Of a DNA stretch of 64,000 nucleotides, positions 1-11,000 are shown piece by piece. Source of the stretch: a virus; IMG/VR virus record IMGVR_UViG_3300027974_000021; one strand, 5' to 3'. Both the position numbers and the translations under genes were made by a program. The notes beneath the pieces were generated by a model, which was not told the DNA's origin, searched no databases, and saw only the letters and a list, made by a program, of their open reading frames with translations. The first letter of the stretch is position 1, and every line of letters starts with the position of its first letter.

Positions 1-11
1 ATATTAACAGC

Positions 12-39
12 GCAAGGGAGGGTTTTAGCTCTCCCTTGC
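12..39 (+). terminator. Stem-loop (possible terminator/processing hairpin)
   Basis: GCAAGGGAG (12-20) pairs with CTCCCTTGC (31-39); no clear U-tract. Confidence 0.5.
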
Positions 40-44
40 ACAGT

Positions 45-52
45 TATAAATA
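45..52 (+). promoter_or_regulatory. T4-type late promoter
   Basis: Exact TATAAATA, 10 nt before ATG at 63. Confidence 0.75.
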
Positions 53-62
53 CAAGTAGCAT

Positions 63-914
63 ATGGCAAAAACATTACGCACATCAGGGGATTATACAAT
101 AAAAGCAGGCCCTAGTGGATCAGCTGGAGATAAAATTATTACATTGGATGCGGCCGATGTGAGAATACCTGGCAATTTAATTGTTGACGGTGCGACCACA
201 TATGTAGAAACTACCAATTTAAAAATAGAAGATTCAATAATAATTTTAAACAAAAATAATTCAGGCGCAGTAGATATCGATTCTGGTATAATGATAGAGC
301 GAGGATCCAACGGTAATAATGCTGCAATATATTGGAATGAAGGAGAAGATGTATTCAAAGCAGTTCTCACAACATCAGGACACGACGCAACATCTATCTC
401 TGATACCACATTAGCAAAAATTAGAGTGGGAGCGCCCGCAAGCGGCGACGATGCAGCCACAAAAGATTATGTGGACATAGCGATATCAGCAGCAGGCACG
501 ATGTCAAGCTTCAACGTGTCAGACGGGGTCAGCGCAGACACAATCATCGACGCAGAAACCATCAACCTTACAGGTGGACCCAACATACAAACTTTGCTGG
601 ACTCCGGCAGCAATACCATCACCATAGATGTCAAGCAAAATTTAACCAATATCAATTCTTTGAGCACAGGATCCTCAAACGCAGATCTTGTGTTGGTGTC
701 CAACGGTACAGGTAAAGTGGTTATTAATAACATTTTAACATTCAACAGCAATGCTTCCACACCCACAGCAACAGCAATTACCAAACTGTACAGCAAAACC
801 CCAGGATACGGAGACACTGGTGTATATTTTGTTAATTCTGCAGTTAAGTCAGGAGCAGAGCAAGAATTGATAAGTAAGAGGAAAGCAACTGTATTAGCAA
901 TTGCTCTAGGATAA
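63..914 (+). CDS. Virion fibre/appendage structural protein
   Basis: IEDSIIILN..GIMIERG..YWNE module, DAATKDYVD motif, C-terminal LAIALG typical of phage fibre proteins. Confidence 0.6.
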   Translation: MAKTLRTSGDYTIKAGPSGSAGDKIITLDAADVRIPGNLIVDGATTYVETTNLKIEDSIIILNKNNSGAVDIDSGIMIERGSNGNNAAIYWNEGEDVFKAVLTTSGHDATSISDTTLAKIRVGAPASGDDAATKDYVDIAISAAGTMSSFNVSDGVSADTIIDAETINLTGGPNIQTLLDSGSNTITIDVKQNLTNINSLSTGSSNADLVLVSNGTGKVVINNILTFNSNASTPTATAITKLYSKTPGYGDTGVYFVNSAVKSGAEQELISKRKATVLAIALG

Positions 915-917
915 CAT

Positions 918-1247
918 ATGGCTATAACACAAAAATTATGTAACTCATTATTAACTGCAAATGATTATGCATATCTTGCCACAGATGTAGTTGCAGTAAC
1001 AACCATACATCTATGCAACATCACAGCACAAGATTCCATAGTGAACGTTTATATATTACCCTATGATGGTTCTACCACTACACCATCTGCCAACAATAAA
1101 ATTTATAGCTCTCTAACTGTTAGAGGCAATGACACATATATCATAGATTCAGAAAAATTAATTTTATCAGCCAATGATAAAATCTATATTGAAACTCCAG
1201 ATTCATCAGGATTAATTGTTGCCACAATATCAACCATAGGATTATAA
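918..1247 (+). CDS. Small virion structural protein of the type that follows AIALG-ending fibres
   Basis: TTIHLCN...KLILSANDKI pattern; 3 nt after upstream stop. Confidence 0.5.
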   Translation: MAITQKLCNSLLTANDYAYLATDVVAVTTIHLCNITAQDSIVNVYILPYDGSTTTPSANNKIYSSLTVRGNDTYIIDSEKLILSANDKIYIETPDSSGLIVATISTIGL

Positions 1248-1251
1248 TACC

Positions 1252-1677
1252 ATGGGTAGATCATTAAAAAACATATCTTTAAATGGTAGCAGAAATTCTG
1301 TTGCACTTCCAAAAGGAACCACAACAGCTCAACCCACATCAGCAGTGGCAGGTATGCTAAGATACAACACCACAGAAAATAATTTAGAATATTATAATGG
1401 CAGCAACTGGCTATTGGTTGGAGGAGGAGTTGGCGGTATTTCTAATATCACTGTGGACTCCTTGACTATCGATGGCGTAACACCAACTTATGCATACACA
1501 ATGTCTCTGCCTGTGGTATCTCCATCTACAGAAAAAAATATTTTAGTTTTTCTTGAAGGAGTTTATCAAAAACCTAGTTCTTACACTGTATCTGGTACTA
1601 CTATTACATTGGGTGCTGTACTACTTGGTGATAACGGAAAAACTTTAACCGTATTACACGGATTCGACGCAGTTTAA
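1252..1677 (+). CDS. Virion structural protein
   Basis: PxGTT..P...GMLRYNT...EYYNG..W module and VFLEGVYQKP..Y module shared with ORFs at 2650 and 4642. Confidence 0.55.
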   Translation: MGRSLKNISLNGSRNSVALPKGTTTAQPTSAVAGMLRYNTTENNLEYYNGSNWLLVGGGVGGISNITVDSLTIDGVTPTYAYTMSLPVVSPSTEKNILVFLEGVYQKPSSYTVSGTTITLGAVLLGDNGKTLTVLHGFDAV

Positions 1678-2588
1678 TCTATAGAAACAAAATCTGACCA
1701 GGTTCCTGGAGAACCAGCCTTAACGCATACCCACCCTAGAACAGAACCCTTAGCAGGCTGAGTATTCCACACTATATCACCTTGACTGTGTGTGCCAGCC
1801 ACTGGTGGTTTACTGTCATACTGATGTATCTGTCCTTGAAATCTTATAGGACCAGCCACGTCTAAATCGGCTTTGGGTTTTCTAACTTTAATTCCAACTC
1901 TATTATCATGAGAAATAAACAGTGTGGGTTCTCCCCCAACACCAATACTGAAATCATCTGAATTGGCTGTGCCCACATAAGCTGTGGAACCTTTTACATC
2001 TGTGACTATTTGAATACTACCGTTGGAAACTGCAAAAATACCTGCTGGGTCTTGTGTATTAATACCCACACTCTTTTTAATAGCGTATAGAGTATCTGCT
2101 ACATTTAATTCATTTAACACACCCACTTCTTGTAATTTAGATTTGGTTACAGAATTGCCCAATCGATCTTTCCATAGAACTTCGTTGCTGTCAATTCTCA
2201 CAGAATTTAGAACATCTAGGTTATCCGCTTTGGCACTGTAATAATAGATTGTTTTACAATGCACTGTGCCTTTGACTTCTAAATCATTTTCAATCACAAG
2301 CCGATCGTCGTTGATGGTTACTCGTTTCTGTGATGCTTGATCTTGTATACCTGTACTGGCAAAATTTGTAATGGTTCCACCAGTTATTTTATCTCCTGAT
2401 AATTCTCGATCTGCTATGATGTTATTATGACTGGCTAATTTTTTTAGTGCTTCATTTAATTTGTCTTCTGTCCATTTTAATTTTTCATTGATAGCTCGAT
2501 TATCGCTGTTTAATCTATCAATGTAAGCACGAGTAACTTTTTGTACTTGCTCGTCTATTACTTGTTTTATGCTGAGTTCTATGGACAT
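1674..2588 (-). CDS. Late, probably virion-associated protein (coiled coil + beta-rich fibre-like C-terminus)
   Basis: 304-aa ORF, GDIVWN..P..G...GWVC motif; TATAAATA on minus strand at 2598-2605. Confidence 0.5.
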   Translation of the reverse strand: MSIELSIKQVIDEQVQKVTRAYIDRLNSDNRAINEKLKWTEDKLNEALKKLASHNNIIADRELSGDKITGGTITNFASTGIQDQASQKRVTINDDRLVIENDLEVKGTVHCKTIYYYSAKADNLDVLNSVRIDSNEVLWKDRLGNSVTKSKLQEVGVLNELNVADTLYAIKKSVGINTQDPAGIFAVSNGSIQIVTDVKGSTAYVGTANSDDFSIGVGGEPTLFISHDNRVGIKVRKPKADLDVAGPIRFQGQIHQYDSKPPVAGTHSQGDIVWNTQPAKGSVLGWVCVKAGSPGTWSDFVSID

Positions 2589-2597
2589 ATATCTGTA

Positions 2598-2637
2598 TAT
2601 TTATAGGTATAATTTAATCTTAAAAAACTTATAAATA
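2598..2637. promoter_or_regulatory. Divergent pair of T4-type late promoters
   Basis: TATAAATA on - strand (2598-2605) and on + strand (2630-2637), each 9-12 nt from an ATG. Confidence 0.75.
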
Positions 2638-2649
2638 CTTGGTAAAATT

Positions 2650-3645
2650 ATGGCTATACAACGAATTCCAGGACAGATGCTTGAGTCAAACTTGACTCGT
2701 TCTACGGATCTAGCATTTCAAACTAACCTATTATACCTTGATGTAAGCAACAATCGAGTGGGTATTAAAACTGCTGCCCCGGGTAACTTTGCTCTGGATG
2801 TAAATGGCACAGCAAGATTTCAAGATTCAGTTCAAATCACAGGAGACTTAACAGTCACAGGACAGACCACAGTGGTTAATACAACCAACATGGAAGTAGA
2901 AGACAACATGTTGTTGTTGAACAGCGGAGGCAGCGTAGGCAATGATGCTGGTATAATGATCAAGAGGCAAGGTGCAGGCAACGATGCAGTGTTCTACTGG
3001 GACGAAAACACCGACAAATTTAAAATAGTGTTGACCACATCGGATGGTAGCACGGTAACCAATATTACAGATACAGAATATGCAAGAATGGCCGGTGCTG
3101 ATCCTGTGGATGCACAAGATTTTATAACATTAAATTATCTAGCCACAGCAGCTACAGTAACACTGGGGGATTTTTCTTTTTCAACCAACAGAATTACTCT
3201 ACAAAACACCAATGCTGATTTTGAATTAGATTCTTCTGGCACAGGAAATTTTGTATTATTGGGCACATCAGGATTAGTAATACCTCAAGGTAACACAGCA
3301 TCTAGACCCGCTGCTCAGGCAGGTATAATAAGATACAATACACAAACTGGCAAATATGAAGTTTCACAAGATGGCAGCACTTGGACCAATCTTAGAACTG
3401 AACAAACTTCTAGAGAAGTTATTAAAGATGTGTTTACAGGCGATGGCAGCACACGAACATTTGTATCTCCTCATGTTTCCACAGCACCAGAAAATTTAAT
3501 AGTTTATATCGATGGTGTAATGCAAGAACCGGATTACAGTTATACCACAGATGGTTCAACTTCTACAGTAACTATCACAGATGAAGCTCCACACATAGGA
3601 GCAAGAGTAGTGGTTATCAGCGGGTTTGCTGACGCACAAGTTTAA
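2650..3645 (+). CDS. Virion fibre/appendage protein (MAI.RI.G.ML..NL family)
   Basis: N-terminus paralogous to 4642 and 8007 ORFs; VEDNMLLLN and TGDGST..F modules. Confidence 0.6.
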   Translation: MAIQRIPGQMLESNLTRSTDLAFQTNLLYLDVSNNRVGIKTAAPGNFALDVNGTARFQDSVQITGDLTVTGQTTVVNTTNMEVEDNMLLLNSGGSVGNDAGIMIKRQGAGNDAVFYWDENTDKFKIVLTTSDGSTVTNITDTEYARMAGADPVDAQDFITLNYLATAATVTLGDFSFSTNRITLQNTNADFELDSSGTGNFVLLGTSGLVIPQGNTASRPAAQAGIIRYNTQTGKYEVSQDGSTWTNLRTEQTSREVIKDVFTGDGSTRTFVSPHVSTAPENLIVYIDGVMQEPDYSYTTDGSTSTVTITDEAPHIGARVVVISGFADAQV

Positions 3646-4010
3646 TAAACAAATATACCGTCTTTATTAGATTGTAATCTAAACATCATTGTTCGACCAG
3701 TTAATTGATTAACCACAGCTAATTCTGGTATAACTTTTAATTTATTTTGTTCTTGAGTCATGAGGAAATGATACAGATCTGGACCATCCTGCCACCATGT
3801 TCTAAGACCGGTCATGTTATAATTTTGATCAATCTTTATAGGATTTTTATAAGTTTTACAAATATCAATTATACGAGTGGTATGCTCATTTATTTTATAC
3901 ACTAAATCTGGTCTGTCTTTTAAAGTTTGTGTTGATCTATTACGGCACATAGGAGGCCACTCTATCATTATATGATATTTCAAAGAATCTATTTTAAAGT
4001 TTTCCGACAT
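3642..4010 (-). CDS. Hypothetical protein
   Basis: 122-aa ORF overlapping the upstream minus-strand gene. Confidence 0.5.
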   Translation of the reverse strand: MSENFKIDSLKYHIMIEWPPMCRNRSTQTLKDRPDLVYKINEHTTRIIDICKTYKNPIKIDQNYNMTGLRTWWQDGPDLYHFLMTQEQNKLKVIPELAVVNQLTGRTMMFRLQSNKDGIFVY

Positions 4011-4557
4011 ATTTTTTATAAAAATCTACAAATTGTGTTTGATCTATTTGTTTAACATTGGGCATGTCATCAAATATGCCAACTTTGTTGCTCTTTTTTC
4101 CTCTTATAAGAAAAAATTGTGTGCTAGAATATATTTTCATAATAGCTTTAAGTGCTGGATTTTCTTTCTTTGATTCTAACAAATAATCGAACAGAGCTAT
4201 CACAGGACTGCCAATCCAGCATGCTGTGGCCAGTGCTAATACCTGTTGAGAACAATCTAGAGGATCAAAATTGTAAGGTTTAAGATCTTCAAATATCGGA
4301 ACACATTCTATTTTGTTATAGAACACATATTTGGCATACTGATCTCGAGGTGCCAACACGATGGTTTTTTCTGCTTTATTTTTTACAAGAAAATTCAACT
4401 GTTCAGCATTGTTGGTACAGGCATAATTGGCCTGCTGATACAGTGCATGCTGCCCTGCAACCACTAAAATACCTATGTTTTGTGCTAATTCAGCATCTAA
4501 TCGATCGGGTTTAAACTCTCCTAAATCGCCTGCTACGGATATAACATGATTGGCCAT
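3994..4557 (-). CDS. Hypothetical protein, weak resemblance to DUF115/GT-like fold
   Basis: 187 aa; ALATACWIGSPVIALFD loosely resembles the ALxLA..LG...I.L.GFD motif; TTAAATA on - strand at 4570-4576. Confidence 0.4.
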   Translation of the reverse strand: MANHVISVAGDLGEFKPDRLDAELAQNIGILVVAGQHALYQQANYACTNNAEQLNFLVKNKAEKTIVLAPRDQYAKYVFYNKIECVPIFEDLKPYNFDPLDCSQQVLALATACWIGSPVIALFDYLLESKKENPALKAIMKIYSSTQFFLIRGKKSNKVGIFDDMPNVKQIDQTQFVDFYKKYVGKL

Positions 4558-4641
4558 AATATACTTGGATATTTAACGGTTTGTTTTCATGGAATACAAA
4601 TAAATAGTAGGTAAAAGTATTTAAAAAACCAAGGGTCAAGC

Positions 4642-6714
4642 ATGGCAATCGGACGTATATCAGGACAGATGTTAAAAGCCAACCTATTAAGGTCGGGCAC
4701 AGATTTAGCATTCGAAACAAATTTATTAGTATTAGATGTTACCAACTCATACGTGGGTATTGGAACAGCATCACCAGCAAGAAAATTACATATCAGCGAC
4801 ACAGGAGCTCTTAGATTACCATCAGGATCAGATGCTCAAAGAGGCACAGCAGCCAACGGAGATATTCGATACAACAGTGAACGAAATATCATGGAAGGCT
4901 ATGTTAACGGTGCTTGGCAGAATTTATCATCAGCGTCTTCATTATTAGACACAGAAGAAAACACTGGAGTACAAGTAGAAAGAAACACAGACGAAAATCA
5001 AATTCATTTCTTCGTAGAAGGACAAGGCGATGTTGCTCATATCCGAAGCAATGGAAATATAGAATTAAACAATTTACAAATAGCAAATCAAACCATCACA
5101 GGATTATCTACCAACACAGATATTACAATAACTCCAAATGGCACCGGTTCAGTTGCTATGACCAAAGTTAATATCGATGGTGGATCCATTGACGGTACCA
5201 CAATCGGTGCAGCAGCAGCAGCCGCTGGTACATTCACTACTGTGGATACTTCAGGTAACGTAACAGTGGGTGGTAACTTAATAGTAAATGGTTCAACCAC
5301 AACCATTGAATCCACAACATTATCAATTGAAGATCCATTATTAATTTTAGCAAAAAATAATTCAGGTGGAAATGCCAATACCTATGACCAAGGTATATTA
5401 TTCAACAGAGGATCGTTCTCCAACGTGGCTTTCTTCTGGGATGAATCATTAGATGAGTTTGCATTTGCAACCACATCAGCAGAGACAGGATCCACTGCAG
5501 GTAATATCACAATAGATTCATATCAAAAATTACATGCAGGTATTATAGTAGCAGGAACATCTCTAGACACAGGTGCAATCAAGGCACTAGACGGTACAGC
5601 AGCAATCACTATTGCTTCTTCAACTGGTGTTATCACAGCTTCTACAAATTTAAATGCCAATGCAGGATTAGACATTGCTGCAGACTCACAATCATTCACA
5701 GTGGGTGCAGGTGCAGATTTTACTATTGCTCATGATGGCACAGACACAACATTAGATAACAATACCGGAATATTAAAAATACAAGGTGCATCTGGTAGCT
5801 CAATACAAATTAATTCTGATGCTGCTTCTGTGGACACACAGATTTCAGGAGACAACACAGCAGCATTATTATTTGTTAAAGCTTCTACTGACAAAATTGG
5901 TATTGCTACAAATTCTCCATCATATATCTTAGATATCAACGACACAGGTGCTGTGAGATTACCTCAAGGCAACACAGCAGCTAGACCCACTGCTGCTACA
6001 GGTGTTATAAGATTCAACACACAAACTGGATATTATGAAGGATCACAAGACGGATCTACATGGGTTAGTTTTGTAACCACAGATGGTACCACTCCAGCAA
6101 TATCTAAATTATCAGCCACAGGTGATGGTTCTACTTCTATATTCACAGGTTTCTTTGCAAGTACTCCAGTTTCAGCTGCCAACGTACTAGTATTCATTGA
6201 TAACGTGCATCAAGAACCTACAGAAAACTACACAATTTCTGGTACAACTTTAACTTTTACATCAGCTCCACATCCTGCTGCTAGAATATATGCATTGATA
6301 GGATTTGACAGCAGCAACGGTGGATCTGGATCAACTAATATATTAACAACAGTAACAAAAGATGCCGGAAGCCAGACAGGCACTATTGCATTAGATCTAA
6401 CAAAATCTGTGAACAAAATTGTTCCTTGGATTAGTGGAGATGATGATCAGTACACACTGGCTGATGGAGTTGAAGGTCAAATCATGTACATCGTTGCAGG
6501 TGGAACTGTAGCCTCTGACTACACATCAATGAAATTTGCCCATGCTCGATACAGAAATTCAATAGGCAATATTGTAGAAGACATCAACGTGGCTTACTGG
6601 TTGCCGTTCGGTGGTAACCTTAATGGTGAATCTATAAACACAGCATACAATACCTCTGTAACACTGATATTCACAGATGGCCATTGGAATCTACCACACA
6701 GCATATTTGATTAA
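4642..6714 (+). CDS. Virion fibre/appendage protein
   Basis: [12 protein letters not shown]-terminus, two LP.G...R....G.IR(Y/F)N modules, IEDPLLIL module; AATAAATA at 4599-4606. Confidence 0.65.
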   Translation: MAIGRISGQMLKANLLRSGTDLAFETNLLVLDVTNSYVGIGTASPARKLHISDTGALRLPSGSDAQRGTAANGDIRYNSERNIMEGYVNGAWQNLSSASSLLDTEENTGVQVERNTDENQIHFFVEGQGDVAHIRSNGNIELNNLQIANQTITGLSTNTDITITPNGTGSVAMTKVNIDGGSIDGTTIGAAAAAAGTFTTVDTSGNVTVGGNLIVNGSTTTIESTTLSIEDPLLILAKNNSGGNANTYDQGILFNRGSFSNVAFFWDESLDEFAFATTSAETGSTAGNITIDSYQKLHAGIIVAGTSLDTGAIKALDGTAAITIASSTGVITASTNLNANAGLDIAADSQSFTVGAGADFTIAHDGTDTTLDNNTGILKIQGASGSSIQINSDAASVDTQISGDNTAALLFVKASTDKIGIATNSPSYILDINDTGAVRLPQGNTAARPTAATGVIRFNTQTGYYEGSQDGSTWVSFVTTDGTTPAISKLSATGDGSTSIFTGFFASTPVSAANVLVFIDNVHQEPTENYTISGTTLTFTSAPHPAARIYALIGFDSSNGGSGSTNILTTVTKDAGSQTGTIALDLTKSVNKIVPWISGDDDQYTLADGVEGQIMYIVAGGTVASDYTSMKFAHARYRNSIGNIVEDINVAYWLPFGGNLNGESINTAYNTSVTLIFTDGHWNLPHSIFD

Positions 6715-6747
6715 TTGCTGACTAATACCTTAAATTTGGGTATATTC

Positions 6748-6776
6748 AATAAATACTCATGCAGTAGCAATACTGC
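6748..6776 (+). promoter_or_regulatory. Late promoter plus 5' GNRA hairpin
   Basis: AATAAATA 6748-6755 followed by GCAGTA-GCAA-TACTGC (6761-6776). Confidence 0.55.
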
Positions 6777-6810
6777 TTAAAATTAACAATCATGCGGGAG
6801 ATATGGAACC

Positions 6811-7863
6811 ATGACAACAAGAAACTTTAGAGTTAATAACGGACTATCAGTAGGTGATGTCGCTATTAGCGCTACAACAAATAAAATAACAGGATTAACA
6901 ACGGCTGCACCAACAGCTGACGGAGATTCAGCTAACAAAAAATATGTGGACGATCAGATTGCTGCTTTATCATTTGCAACCATCGGCACAGGTAACACAT
7001 CTATCACAGTCACAGATTCAGGCACTGGATCAATTGCAACTGTAGTAGACGGTACCACAGTTAAAACACAAACACAATCATTGTGTACATTTGCCACTGA
7101 CGTTAGAATCAATGGAAATTTAACGTTAGCTGGAACCAACACAATCATTAACACCACTACTTTATCAGTGGAAGACAACATCATTGAAGTGAACAGAAAT
7201 ATCTCTGCCAATGCTGGAATGCCTTCTTTTTCTGGATTAAAAGTCAACAGAGGTGAAACATCTTCTGCCACAGAACAAGATTTATTCTGGGTTTGGGATG
7301 AAACATTCACAGATGATGCTTCAACAATCTATGCAGCTGCCGCTGGCGGTGCATGGACTGCTCTAAGAGCAACTTCTACCAACGATCCAGGGTTTATCAG
7401 CACACAAGATGCAACACTGGTGGACATACGATGCAGAATCGTTAACGCTACAGCAACTTCAGCTCAATACGCGGATATCGCGGAGAGATTTGCAGCAGAT
7501 GCTCCAATGACTGAAGGCGCAGTGGTTATGTTGGGCGGTGCACAAGAAATTACTGAAACTTCAGAAGAACTTTCTGAAAAAGTTTTTGGTGTTATTTCTT
7601 CAAAACCAGCCTACATGATGAACTCAGGTGCTGGTAATAACGAATCACACCCTTTTGTGGCTATGACTGGTAGAACTCCTGTGAGAGTTATCGGACAAGT
7701 GAACAAAGGTGACAGAATAGTATCATCTAGCGTAAAAGGCACTGCTAGAGCTGCTAAAACTGGTGAATCAATTAACCCTTTCCATGTTATTGGAAGAGCT
7801 CTTGAGAGCAAATCTGATGCAGGTATTGGAATGGTAAATTGTTTCGTTCAAGCAAAGAACTAA
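6811..7863 (+). CDS. Fibre/appendage protein with C-terminal intramolecular-chaperone (Peptidase G2-like) domain
   Basis: AQYADIAERF...GVIS..PAY.MN...VAMTGRTPVRV.G...KGD.IVSS...IGRALE motifs; SD GGGAG. Confidence 0.65.
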   Translation: MTTRNFRVNNGLSVGDVAISATTNKITGLTTAAPTADGDSANKKYVDDQIAALSFATIGTGNTSITVTDSGTGSIATVVDGTTVKTQTQSLCTFATDVRINGNLTLAGTNTIINTTTLSVEDNIIEVNRNISANAGMPSFSGLKVNRGETSSATEQDLFWVWDETFTDDASTIYAAAAGGAWTALRATSTNDPGFISTQDATLVDIRCRIVNATATSAQYADIAERFAADAPMTEGAVVMLGGAQEITETSEELSEKVFGVISSKPAYMMNSGAGNNESHPFVAMTGRTPVRVIGQVNKGDRIVSSSVKGTARAAKTGESINPFHVIGRALESKSDAGIGMVNCFVQAKN

Positions 7864-7889
7864 TAAGTAAAACACTTCCTAAGTAGTTG

Positions 7890-7911
7890 AAAAGGGCCGA
7901 AAGGCCCTTTT
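7890..7911 (+). terminator. Intrinsic terminator
   Basis: AAAAGGGCC-GAAA-GGCCCTTTT. Confidence 0.85.
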
Positions 7912-8006
7912 CTCGTTTATAGCATAAATACCTATACTGCGGTCAGCCGGCAATGTAATCAGGCTGTGTGAGGATATCCTCACTAACATAGAACAAGGAG
8001 CTCGGT

Positions 8007-11000
8007 ATGGCTATAGGCCGTATATCTGGTTCAATGTTAAAATCTAACCTGACTAGAAACGGGGTAGATCTAGCATTTGAAACCAACATTCTTTATCTTG
8101 ACGTTACCAACGCTCGAGTTGGAATTGGGACTTCTTCACCATCAACAGCATTACACGTAATCGGAACAACTACCACTGATAATCTAGTGGTTAATAACAT
8201 AACATCAGACGACAGCACAGCCATACAGATCAATGACGGCATCAACGTCAGTGGCACAGTGACCGCAAACAGTGGCCTGGTTGCCAATGGCATAACCTAT
8301 CCCACCACAGACGGCAGCAACGGACAGGTATTAACCACAAACGGCTCTGGCACACTGAACTTTGTTAGTCCAAGCGCATTTGGTAGCATGACCTTTGTGG
8401 GTGATGACAGCACAGGTTCCACAATCAACACAGCAGAGACACTGAAATTCGCAGGAGCAACAGGCATAACCACTTCTGTAGTAAACGACACTGTCACAAT
8501 AACTGGACCAAATTTAAGTGCATACCTAACCAATTCTCCAATCACGGTGGTAGGTGATGACTCCACGGGCACTACATTAAACACAGGTGAAACAATTAAA
8601 ATTGCAGGTGCTGGAGGAATCACCACAGCAGTGTCGGGAGATGTATTAACTATCACTGGTGCTAATCAAGCACAAGGTATCACATTCGTAGGCGATGATT
8701 CCACTGGCACAAGAATTTCCGATGGTGAAACTCTAAAAATAGCAGGCACAAGCAATATCACAACGGCCATGTCAGGTGACACTCTGACCATCACAGGCAG
8801 CAAAGACATCAACGTTAATTCTATATCATCTGGAGATTCATCTGCTATACAGATCAATGATAACGTAAATGTATCAGGCACTTTTAATGCCAAAACCATT
8901 GTGACCAATGATCTAATATCCGAAGACAGCACTGCTATCAATGTGTTGGATGGCATGAATGTGTCAGGCACACTGAGTGCTGATGTATTAGATGTGAATG
9001 AAATCAGTTCATCGGATTCATCTGCTATACAGATCAATGACAGTTTAAATGCCAGTGGTACTATCACGGCCGCAAGTTTTGTTACACACGGTGTATCAGG
9101 CAATATCACAGGTGTTAATAATATTGAAGTTAATCAGATTTCCAGCAATGATTCCACTGCTGTACAGGTAGCAGATGGCATGAATGTGTCAGGTACTCTA
9201 ACAGCTCCAACATTCGTAACCAACGATATCAGTTCTAATGATTCTACTGCAATACAAATCAATGATGCTGTGAATATTGCTGGTAATTTGAGCATGAATG
9301 GTAACAAAATTACTAATTTGCCCACTCCACTTTCAGACAATGAGCCTGCTACTAAAAACTATGTAGACAATCAATTTGCTGCTGCTGGATCAGGCACTGT
9401 GACATCGATCACCGCAGGCACAGGACTTACGGCTTCTCCAACTAATCCTATAACCACCACAGGCACAATAGCACTGGATTTCAGCACTGTGGTTGCTCGA
9501 ATAGTAGGCGATGACTCTACAGGCACAGATCTTCGAGTAGGTGAAACAATTAAAATTGCAGGAACATCTAATATCACAACTGCAGTATCAGGAGATACTT
9601 TAACCATCACAGGACCAAATTTAAGTGCATATCTAACCAATTCTACTCTAACTGTGGTAGGTGACGACAGCACAGGCACTACATTAAACACAGGTGAAAC
9701 AATTAAAATTGCAGGTGCTGGAGGAATCACCACAGCAGTGTCGGGAGATGTATTAACTATCACTGGTGCTAATCAAGCACAGGGTATAACAGTAGTTGGA
9801 AATGACAGCACAGGCACAAGAATATCAGATGGTGAAACTTTACAAATTGCTGGCACAAGCAACATCACAACTGCCGTGTCGGGAGACACCCTGACCATCA
9901 CTGGTCCAGATCTAAGTTCCTTCATCACGGCTTCAAGCACTGACACATTATCAAATAAAACTTTTACTCTTGCTCAAAGTGGTGGTACAAGTGCATATGC
10001 AACTAAAAGAGTTTTACAATACAACGAAGGAACTGGAGTAATTACATATAGTAATAAATTAGATGCTGTAAGCCCATACATTACAGGATATGGTTCAGAA
10101 ATTCACGTTAGTCCAGTTGCTCTTGATAACACAGGTAATGGAACCATTGGCGATCCAGTTAAAACAATTGCTAAAGCATTAGAATTAGCTGCACTTGCTT
10201 TCGAAACAACTACTGCTGGCTCAAGAAAAACAATTATTCTACATCCAGGAGATTATGCAGAAAATGTCACACTTGATACTCAATATATTGTTTTAACCAC
10301 ACACGAGGCAATAGGCAAAAATACAACTCTTTCTGGCACATTAACTATTTCAAAAGGTTGTACTGTTAATGGACTGAAGATGACAAATCTTATTATTTCA
10401 GCAACTTCAGCAACAGGCTCAGTTGATATTATTAATTGTACAGTGACAACAGCAACTACAAAAACATCAAGTGCATATACAAATTTTAGATTATGCGATT
10501 TATCTTCATCTACATTAAGTATTACTGGTGCTGGCTCAGTCGTGCTGAATGGTGGTAATTATGGTACTGTCACTGTAAATAATGCTTCTGCTGCAGTTTT
10601 GGCTAAAGCAGTTATTACAATGGCACCAGTGACTTTAACAGCAGGAACATTACAAATTGCTGACACAGTTATCTACTCTGCTACTAATACATCTAATGCT
10701 ATAACACAAAGTGCTGGATCATTTTTAACATTAAACAATTGTCAAACATTAATACCTGATTTAACAAACGTAGCAAGAAATAGTTTTGGTGGATATTATT
10801 CTATTCTTCATTCTGTTTATGATAAAGCAAACTCTACATTCGGTGGAACATCATTATCAGCAGTTTCATATAGTCAGTATGTTAATGCTGATAGATTAAC
10901 TCTAAATGGATCAACATCTGGTGCTACTATAATTAACGCAACTGCTGCTGCAGGAACTACTACATTAACACTTCCAGCTGCAACTGACACTTTAGTTGGA

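Noticed and set aside
8568-9781. Repeat pair as DGR template/variable region
   Set aside because: Copies are identical, in-frame and internal to one gene; no adenine-specific mismatches; no reverse transcriptase in window
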